DNA of 64,000 nucleotides from Chrysomallon squamiferum (Eukaryota; Animalia; Mollusca): NCBI GenBank assembly GCA_012295275.1, contig CM022673.1, positions 3,286,001 to 3,350,000 of the forward strand, read 5' to 3'. Shown piece by piece: positions 1 to 12,800 of this stretch (position 1 is its first letter; each line of letters starts with the position of its first letter). The notes under the pieces were generated by a model. It saw only the letters and a program-made list of their open reading frames with translations, ran no database searches and was not told where the DNA came from. The position numbers and the translations under genes were made by a program.

Positions 1-1321
1 AACTTAATGATCAGTTTGCGAGGTAATCAAACCAACTTTCGCACTAAGTGACGCCATTAACGTTGAGAGTAAACAACACCGATACTGCTTGGACGTAGTT
101 TGAAAACTGCCTCGAGGCCGGCTAGAGTTAAACGTGAAAGCAATTTCAGAAAGACCTGGGTGATTTACTCTTTAAAGTTGACGTTGAACACGACAGAATT
201 CTGGCATTTTGCTGTTCTTGTTGTTGTTTTTTTTGTCGAACCCAGTCTTTGAAAACAAGCACTAGAACGTCTTTGAACTGAGAGCTTATTTTCTTTGTTG
301 TAACAGAGCTTTACATGCGTTAATTAATCAGACTTGGATTCTTGTTTTAAAAAAACTGTTTAACGAGAGAGGTTTGTAAATTTCATTAGTAATGATCAAA
401 GTAGCGAGAAACACTCAAAGACAGCAGGAAAATAATATGTCAAGAGGCAAGTGAAAAGCAAAACAAAACAATATGACAGTTATTACAGAAAAGCAAATGT
501 ACAGACAGATAAGCAGATAGATAATAATTACATAGATCTACGCGTAAGTTAAACAGAGGTATGGGAATACCAAAATATATTGATGGTCGTAACTTATTTA
601 GATAGGCAGATATACAGAGAGGCAAATGGATAGATAGTTATATAGATAGATAGATAGATAGATAGATAACGAGGTCTACAAACATAGGATCATACAGACA
701 TACAAAGAAGGTCTCGTGAACAGACGTATATATGTAGAAAAAGACGCACACTCGTATCTCAAATTGGTCAGGCAATAGAAAAATAGACAGACAAATAAAC
801 TGACAGATAAATAGATGGAAGGTGGAACTGAAAACAGAGAAAGAGAGAAAGTAAAAAAGAGAGAGAGAGAGAGATACAACCACAGAGAAAAGTTTAGCAT
901 CAGACTGTCACAATACACGTAACATTATTTTAAATAAATTACTGTTGAGTCATTTATCACTTAACTACAGCCCAGTGCCAAGACAAACGAAACAGAATTA
1001 TTACTTAAAAGACTGACTTAGTGTATTGAAAACAAACAAACAAACAAACAAACAAACAAAAATACTCTTCTAAAAGTTCTCTTATCATTAAATTAAAGAA
1101 GTATTTTAACATGCAGAATGGTTGCTTATAAGCTGAGAACTGAAAGATCAAAGAGTCCACTTTCCAAGATAGCATCTATTTTTTCCTTTCAGTCGTTGAA
1201 ACGCCATGTTAGGAACGTATCTCAGAACTGAAGTATTTACCCGCTTGCTTGTGTAAACGTACTGATATTTGGGTGTATGAGATAAAGTAATAAGAAAAAT
1301 TAAGAAAAAAAATTAAGAAAT

Positions 1322-1550
1322 TTAAAAACGATTTAACAATATGCAAAGATCTAGATTTAAAAAAAAAAAAAAAAAAAAATGTAAAATATCTAAAAAAATA
1401 ACTTAACAATATGCAGAAATCTAGAAATGATTTAACAGTTGCAGAAATCTAAGAATGATTTAACAATATGGAGAAATATAAAAATGATTGAATAATATGC
1501 AGAAATCTAAGGATGGTTTTAGAAATTGTAGAAACCTAAAAATGATTTCT
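1322..1550. repeat. Degenerate ~29-30-bp tandem repeat (aaaatgatttaacaatatgcagaaatct), about 7 copies
   Basis: Recurring aacaatatgcagaaatct / atgattt units. Confidence 0.8.
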
Positions 1551-4106
1551 GGGGTAGATTGCTTAAATCGAATGATTTTTAAAAATAATTTTTGACAGAA
1601 TAATTAAACCAAACGATGTAACAAAATTAACTTTTTTGTAAATAGAAAACGCTTGATAATTATCAAATAACATTATTTTTGAAAGATTTACAAAAATAAA
1701 TTTTAGGTTACATAACCTCAAAGAAAGCTGATATTATACGATAATAAATGAATAAATAAAGGAATGAATCAATGAATGAATAACTAAGCGAATAAATAAA
1801 TAAATAAATAAGAAATAAATAAAAAAGAATGATACTATACGAAAATAAATGAATAAATAAACGAAAGAATGAAAGAATAACTAAATAACTAAGTAAATAA
1901 ATACATAAGTAAGAAATAAAAAACAAAAATTAAATAAAAAATAATAATGAAAAATACCAGAAAAAATGACAAAAAACAACTAAAAAAAATAGTGAAAATC
2001 CGAATAAATGAATGAATAAATGAATAAATTAAAGACGAAGAAAAAGAATTAAAAAAAAATTAAAATAAACATTAGGTTTAAATTCAGATCAAAATAAGTC
2101 TATGTTCTTTGCGCGATAGACTGATAGAACAGTAAATAATCATTATTTGATCACCGTAAAAAACCTGAAAACAAGAAGTAAACTATTGAAATGGTTTAGT
2201 CATTTCAATCTTGGTTACAGTAATTTAGATTAAGCAACAGAGTAAGAAAGAGTTAAAGAGAGGAATGTCGGCAGAAGTAAGACTTACGTTTTTTAGGAAA
2301 AAGAATTAAGGGAATTAGTCACGCATGTATGCACATGCGCACACGCAAACACACCCACACAAACACACACACATAAATATAAAGTGGTGTGTGTGTGTGT
2401 GTGTGAGATAGAGAGAGAGACAGAGAGAGAGAATAAAAAAGAAAAAGAGAGATATAAAAGACACGCTTAGAAGAGTGAATGAAAGCCATAGAGAGAGTGA
2501 GAGATAAAGAGAGAAATGCATAGAGAGAGAGGGGGAGAGAGATAAAGAGAGAGAGAAAAAGGAGTAAGTGAGAAATTGTAGTATTTTTTGGCAGTATTTT
2601 AATAATTGGTACTGTCTGAAAAGGAATAAATTTAATATTAAAAAATAAACGCAAATAAAGGAAACAACAGAAACTTGTATTTATTGTTTTTGTTATTTTT
2701 GCCTATTCTTATACTTTTTTTTAATTTTTATTTTTTTTATTAAGTACAAAGAAAACAAAACTGAAAGAAATACAAACAAGTACAAATACACAGACTATTT
2801 GAACTTTATCCACAGAATGAAATAAAATGCTGTGTATTCACCAACGCTTTTCAATCAAATCGAACTCAGTCAAAACATACAGTTGAAGACGTAGGGCAAG
2901 GGGGATAACTTCTGCTAACGAAACGAAATACTTGTCGTCGAGAATTACTTACTTTTTATGTTAAGAAATTACAATGATTTCGGATGTTGATCATCGAAGT
3001 TATTTTTCATCACATATGGGACGTAATTCTGGATGACTTACCAGTTTCACGAGTTACTGAGATTATCTCCGTTAACACCATCTCATTCTCAGTCAAACCT
3101 AAATCGTAAACTACTGAACTGAGGCGCAGATGGGCTTGATGGCTTGAAATAAAAAAATTGATTGACTGTCCAGTGACAACAGGTAAAGAAAAATGTTAAC
3201 GAAATATTAAGCATCGGCGACATACATTTGGTAATATTTTATCCCAGCCTGATTCGAATTATGTCGATAGTAATTTATGTCGAACGTTTATTTCAGTGAG
3301 TCATTTTACCTCTGCTTCATAAATATTTAATCACCTAAGTTCCTGACTCTTCAAAGATTTAATCTTACAAGGACTTAAAACATCCTAATAATAACACAGA
3401 ATTTTGTTAACAACACCTGTAATGTGTTTGTTGTCCATCTTGAAAGTTGATGGTTGCTTGAGTTAACAGCAGGTGGTTGTTTCATTTCGGTCAGACGTTA
3501 TGACGTTGAACGCCATAACTATTTGTAGGTGAATATTTCCTGCTAGTCATTTCGCCGCACAGAAGCATTTAGATTAAAAAACATTTTTTTAATTGTAATT
3601 GAAATTGTGTCACCCTTTTTTATGACTGGCAGATACTGAATATGTTTCTAAGCATTGTATCTGTCAATAATATTTACATTATTACATACTAATGCATCCA
3701 TATTATATGACTTTTTGTCATGATGTATAAAAAGTCAGCATGAGGAAAAAATAAATCCGCTTTGTTTTCCGAAAAATAAAATTTATCCTGCCTTTGCGGT
3801 TTATGTTATTTTAATATGTCAGAACTGCAACAAATTAATCCAAATTGAAGTAAATAACTTTTTGTTATTGATTATATGAATATTTTTACGTAAATGATGC
3901 TGTTGGTGTATTTGTAAATATTATCGTTATAATCAACATCATCATTATTATTATTATCATAATCGTCTTCATTATATGTTTTATTATTATCGCTACTACT
4001 GCTACTACTAATACTAATACTAGTACATCTACATACGGTTACTGCTATTAAACTTTTATTTATTTATTTATTTTGTATTTTGTGTTTTCCAGTAACGCTA
4101 CTAGCA

Positions 4107-4790
4107 ATGGACAAACTTCACGAAATAATTTCCGTCAGCCTCATAGTGGCAGTGGCTGTGACGGCAGCGTACGCCGACTCCCTGAAATCTTCACATTCTG
4201 ATAAATCTTTCGGACACGACGGGGGACACGATTCCTTTCAGAAATGGTACGACTGGTACAGCAAGCGTTCATTCGGACATAACAAATCATTTGGCAAAGA
4301 CGATCCGGAAACTCTTCAAAAATGGCACGAGTTTTTGGCCAAGCGAGGAAGCTTCGACTCCAACGGAAAATCTTTCGGAGAACAAAGCTGGAACGCTTGG
4401 ATGTCAAAGAGAGGATTTGGCCCGGACAGCACCAATGGTTTCGGGAAAAGCATCTCTGATCATTATTAGAAATGGCTGCTGAAACGTGGAACTGCTTTTG
4501 GCAGCCAAGCTTTCGGCAAAAATGATCCAGAAACCCTCCAGAAATGGAATGATTGGTGGAGTAAACGAAACTTCGAATACAACCAAGAGTCTCCCTTGAA
4601 GAGAAGCAAGCGCTCTTTCAGTTCAGCACAGCTGGGTTTCGGCCAAGGAAAAAATCCAAATCTACAGAAATGGCAGGAATGGCTGGTGAAAAGAGATTTC
4701 GGCTCCAGTCAAGGTTTTGGCGTTCCTGAGGCACCAAAATTACAGTCCTGGCGTGACTGGCTGACGAAACGCGGATTACGACCTCGGTAG
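4107..4790 (+). CDS. Secreted multi-copy peptide precursor (neuropeptide-like, family unassigned) with an in-frame TAG at 4467-4469; 120 aa if it terminates there, 227 aa if recoded
   Basis: Splice acceptor ttttccAG ends at 4092 and ATG is at 4107. Signal peptide MDKLHEIISVSLIVAVAVTAAYA. KR-separated repeats: ...SFGHDGGHDSFQKWYDWYS / SFGHNKSFGKDDPETLQKWHEFLA / GSFDSNGKSFGEQSWNAWMS / GFGPDSTNGFGKSISDHY*KWLL / GTAFGSQAFGKNDPETLQKWNDWWS / NFEYNQESPL / SFSSAQLGFGQGKNPNLQKWQEWLV / DFGSSQGFGVPEAPKLQSWRDWLT / GLRPR*. ORF-track entries 4080..4469 and 4596..4790 are the same frame. AATAAA at 5284-5289. Confidence 0.9.
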
Positions 4791-5876
4791 CTACTTACTG
4801 ATTAGCAGAAAGGGGTCTTTAATACACAATGATTGAAAGTGCTTGTGTGTGTCTGTGTCTGCGTGCGTGTGTGAGTGCGTGAATGCGCGCAAAATACTCG
4901 CAATAGATCTTGTAAGTGTAAACATTGTAAAAAAAACAACAAAAAAATCCATTTAATGGATGTAACATGTGTGCACCAGATACAGGCATATGTCTGGAAT
5001 ATATATTAGTTAATATAAATGGTGATGTAGCAAATCCTATTTTAAAAGTTTCAAAAGATCGTAATATATAGAATTCTGTTATTTTGGCCTTTTTCAATTG
5101 TTGATCTTAATTATTTGCTACTTTTTTGGTTTCTTTTGTTTTTCTTTATTTTTCTTTTTTTTTTCTTTTTTTCCCCCTTCTTATCCCACTAAAACTGACG
5201 TATTCCTCTTTTACTTTGTAAATATATCAGATGTTTGATGTATGTTTAAATCCAGTGAACTGAAAACTGACTGCGGTTTCTTCAATAAAATAGATTTTGT
5301 TTAGTTACAAGCGAAACTAATGGATGTCCATGATAAATGGAAACCAGTGTTTCATCTGAAATTCCAGACACTGCAATAACCACAGTAAACGCTTGCATTT
5401 TAATCTGCTTTGGAAAAACGTTTGTGTCAAAAACTATTAGTTAAATACAGATATGGGTTATTCCTAAAGTCATGGTAGATAGAAATACAAGGTTACGGTC
5501 AGGGTCAGGAATATAGATGCAACACTTCTTTATTTTATATTCCTGTTTATAAACCAGCAATGAGAATTAAACTAACTCGCGTATTTGTGTTGACATCATA
5601 TATCCATTACCGGTCATAATTTTCTTCTGAAAGCGATGTGATGACCTTAACGTTCAAAGATTTCTTCGTTTTGTTTATCAAAGGCTGGAAATGTATATAA
5701 AAGTGATGATTTGTGGGGCAGAGTGCTATCGTGGATTAGATGTTTATTGTTACATTTCTGTTAATTTCTTTCTATTTCCGTTCTCTTTGTCGACTGGTAC
5801 AAGAGTAGACTTTTCTTAACAAATCAGCAGCAGCAACAACAACAATAACAACACCAACAACACCAACACCACCACC

Positions 5877-5908
<32 letters not shown>

Positions 5909-7430
5909 CAATAACAACAGCAACAACACCAACAACAACAACAATAAAAATAATAATAAAGATGATGATGGTAATGATCATTATAATAAGAAGAGTAAGA
6001 AGAAAAAGATGATGATAATTATGATGATGATGAACAATTCTTTAAATAAACTGCAACAAAAAATTATTTAACATCTATGACTGTTTATTTAAATGTATTT
6101 AGTTTTATTCGTTACTACGATTTCTTTTCTCCAGAGTGTCTGCAACGCCGATTCAGTTATTAATCTCCTAACAGTCTTTCTGTTTTAAACTGGCGTCAGA
6201 TGTCTTATCACCTTACGTAAATACTGATCTAATGGTTTATTATATATATATTTGGACAATGAACTTACAGTAGACTAGACAGACACGCACGCACTCACAC
6301 ATACACATGCACACACGTACACAGAGAGAGAGAGAAACTATTTTTCAAGAGTAGGCTTTATTGAGGCTTTATTTACAGAAAGGCTGAAAGACTAGTTTAT
6401 TTTGTCAAGTTTTGATGAGTGAGAGAGAACAAGGTGTCTGACCTATTGATACTCGTACTGTCTAAGTACATTAACGGAGTCAGTGTAAAATACACTTTCT
6501 ATGTCTTCACTGTCAACATCGCGTAGTAAATCAACTTAATATTTTAACAAATGATTTTTGTAGACAGACGCGAGTGAAAAACAAGAAAACCAAAATAGAA
6601 ATAGATGAAAAACACTCGATGAATGAAAAAAGATGAAAAAATAAATAAATAAATAAATAAATAAATAAAATAAAATAAAACAAAATAAAATCAGATGAAA
6701 TAAATTAATATAAACCAAAAAAGAACAGTATAGTAACTGTAAAATTAAATTTAAAATTAAAACGTTAAAATTAAATTAAAATGTAAAAATGAATATAAAA
6801 TTAAAATTAATTTAAATAATAATCACAAAAAATGTTACATTGGACTGTCTTTTAATGTATTGTGTTGTATTGTGTAATATAATATATATATTATATTATT
6901 ACGTTACATTTCACTACGTTGCGTTACGTTAGACTCTGTTGTAATGTATTTTATTGTAGTCTATTGAACTACATTAGATTATTTTGCATAATATTATACT
7001 ACGTTAAATTAAATTACATAATATGAGACATAGCATATATTATTTTATGTTAAATTCACGTTGCATATTAATCTTGTTTATTTCATTCTGTTTTATAGTG
7101 AATGCATACTTTTTAATGTAAATTAACAAAAAACACCCGCAAAAACACACAAATCTATGTGTCTGTGTGTGTATATATGTGTGTGTGCGTATATTTGTGT
7201 TCGTGTTATATATGTATACATCATCGGCAGATCAAACAATTTTATTTCTGAAAATGGCAGAGCCATCTGCGATAAAGAAACATTTACGATAAAATTAATT
7301 TTACAACAACAACAACAATGGGTTTTTTCGCCCGCAAAACTAAGTTATAAAACTAAAGCTGTTGAAATAATTAAGTAAAGAAATTTTAAAAATGATTTAA
7401 TTTTCCTTCGGCAATAACAACAACGAGAAT

Positions 7431-7466
<36 letters not shown>

Positions 7467-8168
7467 AATAATAATAATAATAATAATAAGAAGAAGAAGA
7501 AGAAGAGAAGAAGAAGAAGAAGAATAAAAAAAAAAAAAAAAAATTTTACAAAAGTATCAAACAAAACAGTTAAGAAGTATTTTTCGGCAAAGAATGTTGA
7601 AGACCGTTCTCCATTCTACCTACCGGATTTTCACGCGTATGTCTGAAATATCGCGAAACTGTGATACTGCTCTGTTTTAAGTAATAAAGAGTCATTTTTA
7701 AAAATTACAATTTAAAAAATAAATAAAAACTAACATAAAACTGACGGTTTTCCTGTGTAATTACCTAATTATGGTGGAAGACCTGCGTAGTACGGTGTTA
7801 CTTTTTTTCTTGTTTTTCGCTGAAACGAATTTAATTTTCTTTTAATGAGTCTTTAAATTTATAATTTTTTTCTTCCATTTAAAAAAAAAAAAAAAAAAAA
7901 AAAAAATAGCAAAAAACCCACAAAAATCTAACTTTAAATCTTCAGCCTGGTTCTTAGAATAACTGAGAGAGAAATGATCTATTTCGAACACGCTACAAAA
8001 GGAGTATTATATTCTATTGTAGAAATCTGACAGTATGATGGAATAATCCTCTAAATGTTATTCCACTGATACCGTCTGGAAAATTCATTTTTTTACACAT
8101 CCTGAAAGTATATAAAGAAAAAAAAAAATAAAGAAAAATAAAATTAAAATGTCCGGGATGCTCTGCAG

Positions 8169-8330
8169 TTGATATTAATATATTTTCTATCATTCCGTGT
8201 CAGATTTTTTGTATCTTGGCTGAGACAGAATAATTAAATTAATTAGAAAATCACATCTTTTAAATTGGTCCAAAACATATTCACACACACAGACACACAC
8301 ACAAACACACACATACACACACACACTAAG

Positions 8331-8366
<36 letters not shown>

Positions 8367-9325
8367 CTCTCTCTCCAGTTCTTCAGATTACATCAATATT
8401 AACCGGTTACTAACAAGAACCATAACTCTGGATACTGACTTAACTGGTTCCAAACAAATCTCGATGGAAACAGCGAAACTTCACACATATCTTAGCAACT
8501 CGATTATAATCTTGCCAGTTTTTGTAATAAGAAGTAAATGACGTACGTAGACGTCACAGTGTTCTCAGTTTTGTTTTCTGTTATGTTTCGTAGCAACGAA
8601 AATTAGTGGTACACCGCAACGAAATTTAAGTCCGTTAATTTCTTGTATTTATAGATACATGCATGTATGTATGTATGCATGCTTGTGTATGTGTATGTAT
8701 GTACGTATATATATGTGTGTGTGTGTGTATATATATATATGTGCGTGCGTGCGTGTGTGTGTATGTATGTATATATATATGTATGTGTGTGTGTATGCAT
8801 GTATATATTATGTATGTGTATGTGTATGTGTGTGTGTGTATGTATATATGTATGTGCGTGTGTGTGTGTGTGTATGTATGTATATATTTAGGTATGAATG
8901 TTATCTGTCTCACGTACGACTGCACGTAGATAATATCTGGAAATGCGCTGACACAATAAGACGAAGTCCAATCACGACCTCACAAATGTCAGATGCCGTT
9001 TACGAGATTCGAACGTTTGGTGCTCATTCGCTGTTACTCCAAAGACGTTAATTATGTATATGCATGTATTTCTGCGTGTATGTAAGCATGTATGTATGCA
9101 TGTATGTATGTATGCCTATATCTAGTTTAGGAGTTTGGATTCTCTATCTTATAAATAAACTCTGCACCCAGACAATATTCGGGAACGCACTGGCGCAGGA
9201 GGACAAAGTCCAATCACGACCTCACAAACCCGTCAGATGCCGCTGACGAGACTCGAACGTATGACACCCATTCGCCCGCACACCGAAGGCGGACAACGTT
9301 ACCGTTCGGCGATGGAGACAACCTA
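8169..9325. repeat. Left arm of a dispersed inverted duplication (partner 39685-41345)
   Basis: By eye, 8410-8660 is a near-identical reverse complement of 40560-40806; 8169-8290 matches 41250-41345; 8880-9325 matches 39685-40130. Confidence 0.9.
8880..9325 (-). mobile_element. Two tandem SINE copies on the reverse strand, same family as 39490-40130
   Basis: Reverse complement of 39685-40130; aagtccaatcacgacctcacaaa occurs twice. Confidence 0.7.
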
Positions 9326-12300
9326 TGTATGAATGTATATATGCTTATATGTATATATGTAAGCATGAGTATATGCATACATAATATATACAGTTACTAT
9401 ATATGTATGTATATATGTAAGTATGTATGTCTGCATATATGGGTGCGTGTGTATGTATATATACTGAAATATATATATATATATATATCTACATTTTATT
9501 TAAGTGGCAATATAGAACGAACATGTGTGTCGTGATAACACGTTAGCATTACTAAATGTCCTCAAATCTCTCGTATTAACAACATTAGTTTAAAAAGTAT
9601 TTGAAAATGGCGCAGCAATCCCGCCTGTCAGTTAATAGCTGTTGCTAAGGTAACTGAACAAACCGGATCATTTTTTAACACTACGCGTGATCTCGTTGAA
9701 ACAAACGCTGTCGTCAGTTTTAAAACTGTTTCTTGGAAACGGCTATTGCTGTCATCGCTTATAGATTTCAAAAACACCTACAGATTTCATACAACAGGAC
9801 AAGTAAAAGAAGAAAAAGTCGAAAGACTGGTGTTAATTATGTTACTAGATAAACAGACCGACTGTCTTAAAAGGCGGACAGTCAAACGGACGAGCATTAC
9901 AGCACGTCTCGAACTCGCGAGGGCAAAGTGAATAAAAACTCGCTTAAAAAACAGAGATTATTTCAGATGCTGGTTACAAGAAATTATGTTTGGGAAACAC
10001 ACCAATGTTGTTTTTTTTTTGTTTTTTTTTGTTTTTATATTTACCTTAAAGAACAAAAAAAAAAAAGAACAAAAAAAAAAAAAAAAAAAGAGAAAGGATA
10101 AAAAAGAAAAAAAGAAAAGATTTAAACAAAAAGAAAAAAATGGCTATGAAATAATAATAAAAAATTATGACTATGATATTTTTCAGCTAATTTCTCTTAC
10201 TGTACAGATCTAATACTAATTGGTTACTATGTAAGAGGTGACGAATGGTCAAAGAATGTCTGACGAGTTTGAAAAAAAAAAAAATTTCGATTTATAAAAC
10301 TAACTCAGTTTTTGGCCAATTTTTACATTTAATATGGCGCACATATAATTATGGCTAGCTGGAGCTGAAGGTTCCTTTCATCTGGCCTAGTTTAAAACGC
10401 GCATGTCCGTGTTCTGCCGCACTCTGACGCAATCCAGTTATTATTCCGAGTATCTAGAATTCTATGGTCACGGAAGTAACGTAAAGTACGTATACGCAGG
10501 TATTGTATGCTTTGTTTAGATTGCAAAGTTATCAGTATTTAATTTTGCTGTTACGAGCCCATCGTGGATATTATACGAATGCGTTATGTAATCAAAACGG
10601 TGACTAGTACTGAACAGTATAAATTAAAACTGGAAAAGCATATGATATATAAAATGATGCTAATAGGTCACTCACACACAAAAAACCCAGAAAACACCTT
10701 TGGCTTGTACGTAATATTCTAAGGATAAGGGGAGAAAAATAGTTGGCCATTTGTTTGTAATTACTGTAGTTGTATAAATCGCAGAGGTCATGTTCTTTCT
10801 CCGTGTATAAACTGTGTAATGAATTTTGGTGCTCGGTACCAGAGAGGGGAAATTACGTATCCGAGTGAAACATGAACATCCAGACAACAACTCAGTGGAA
10901 AATAAAGATGTTAAAGGATGAACAAATCTGTTTGGATGTCATTATATACGTTCATTCATTATATACAATAATATGCTATGATACATACACTCACACACAT
11001 CTACATGTGGGTGTATATAAGTATAATGTAAATATTTAAAATTACAATTATTTACATTTAATATTTTGGAGTAAATATAATTGTATATGTAATCTCAAAG
11101 TAAATGTTATCATTTACTGTCCACCTACTTTTGGACCATCATCTTGTATGTATGTATGTATGTAAATATTTTTACAAATATTTTTTTTCATCATAATATA
11201 TGCATAGATTAGCTGATATCTTGTTATGTAAATAATATTTTTAAAAAACCTTACACTCCCATCTATCAGAGTAAAAATACTGTTGCAAGGAATGTTCAAG
11301 TTTGAGTCGTCACAGTGAAACATTAAAGAACAAAACGTCTGTCTAACTGAGCTGAACTTTTTATTTTTACACTCGAACGTAATCTGTGTGAGAATACATT
11401 GTAAACAAAATATAATATAATTATAACAAGATGGTGGATTTGAAATATTTTTTTTATTTTTATAAAGTAATACGAGAAGTAAAAAAAAAACTCTGGTGTT
11501 TTCTATAATGTTCTAAAGAAAAGGTTTCAACAAACGTTTATCGATATAGTGTTGCTTGTGTGAACAACTTCTTTTGTGTCTGCTTTCAACTGAAGTTAAT
11601 TAATTCCAGTGTCTTAGTTGTTTTCTTGTAGGTTATTGGGTAAATATACTAAACCAGTACATAGCTACTGCAGTATCGACTGGTGTACATTTTACTGTAT
11701 ATATGTGTGTACGAGTGTATGTTATGTTATATTATTAAATGTATTTGTTTCTATATGTTCGAATGTGTGTATAAGTGTGTATTCGTGTTTGTGCGTTAGC
11801 GGAAATGTTTGTCTGGATAGGTTGTTTTTGCAATAGTATTTTTTCCTACCATTTGAAATATGCTTATGTGTACTGAATGTTCAGACGCATAATTATTACA
11901 TATGTCTACGGGTTCCACCCCATTTGTCAGACACCAGTTTGTTAGACAGTTTGTGAGACAGTGTAATTAGTTTGGTTGGATGGCCTCACTATTGCTATAA
12001 TGGGATAACCCAGTGAGCCTGGTATTAAATAAATTCATTGTTTAATTGATGTTAACTCTTGCATGGGATAGCCAAATGAGCTTGGTATTTCATTGTTTAA
12101 CTGATTGTAACTCTTGCATTGGAGTGAGAACGTATTAGTCTGGTGTTTAATATTTAATATTAATATTAATGTTTTAATATTTAAATTTAATATTAATGTT
12201 TCAATATTAAATAAATACACTGTTTCACTGACAATACATTTGTTGGAGAAAGACCACCCTCTTGTACTAAATAAATTGAGTAGACTGGCTACCGATGAGC

Positions 12301-12404
12301 TTTCTGTCTTGGGAATCAGTGTATATATCTATATATATATTATTGTATGGAAAAGTGTCAGTACACAAACACACACACAAACATATATACATACATATGT
12401 ATGT

Positions 12405-12437
<33 letters not shown>

Positions 12438-12608
12438 TATATATACACACACACTCACACAAATATATAAACACACACATAAATATATAAATACATACAC
12501 ACATATACATATACACATACATATAGACAGACATACATATTACAGAGAATAATAAAAACCCTAAAAAAAAAAACATACTTGCCTATGCTGGTAAAAAAAT
12601 AGATGAAA

Positions 12609-12800
12609 GACAAAGAACGGCGTGCTTCGTGGGAAGCGATAGTTAACCTCGGTTAATGAGCAACTTTCTTGTGAGGGTGTCTGGGTGGCCGAACCGTAAA
12701 AACCGTCCACCTTCGGACTGCGGACGAATGGATGCAATACGTTCGAGTCCCGTCACAGGCTACAGGATCAAATAACGAGGAGTTTTTTTTTTTCTTTTTT
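12609..12800 (+). mobile_element. tRNA-Arg(TCG)-derived SINE head / tRNA-like Pol III unit
   Basis: A box TGGCCGAACCG (12686), CTTCGGA anticodon-like loop, B box GTTCGAGTC (12741), acceptor-like pairing GTCTGGG/CACAGGC, then a long T-run. A 32-bp upstream segment is identical to 39620-39651. Confidence 0.7.

Noticed and set aside
3120-3188. Candidate 5' non-coding exon of the WxxW precursor (CAG|GTAAAG at 3182/3183)
   Set aside because: Plausible donor, but indistinguishable from chance without transcript data.
4107-4790. Assignment of the WxxW precursor to achatin, MIP/WWamide or the glucagon family
   Set aside because: No GFGD/GSWD tetrapeptides flanked by KR, no W-x6/7-W-Gly amidation, and no His-x-x-Gly-x-Phe N-terminus; the resemblance is only superficial.
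11115-11150. Possible Tc1/mariner TIR (reverse complement ...GGTCCAAAAGTAGGTGGACAGTA)
   Set aside because: Short, with no partner TIR or transposase found; cannot be supported.
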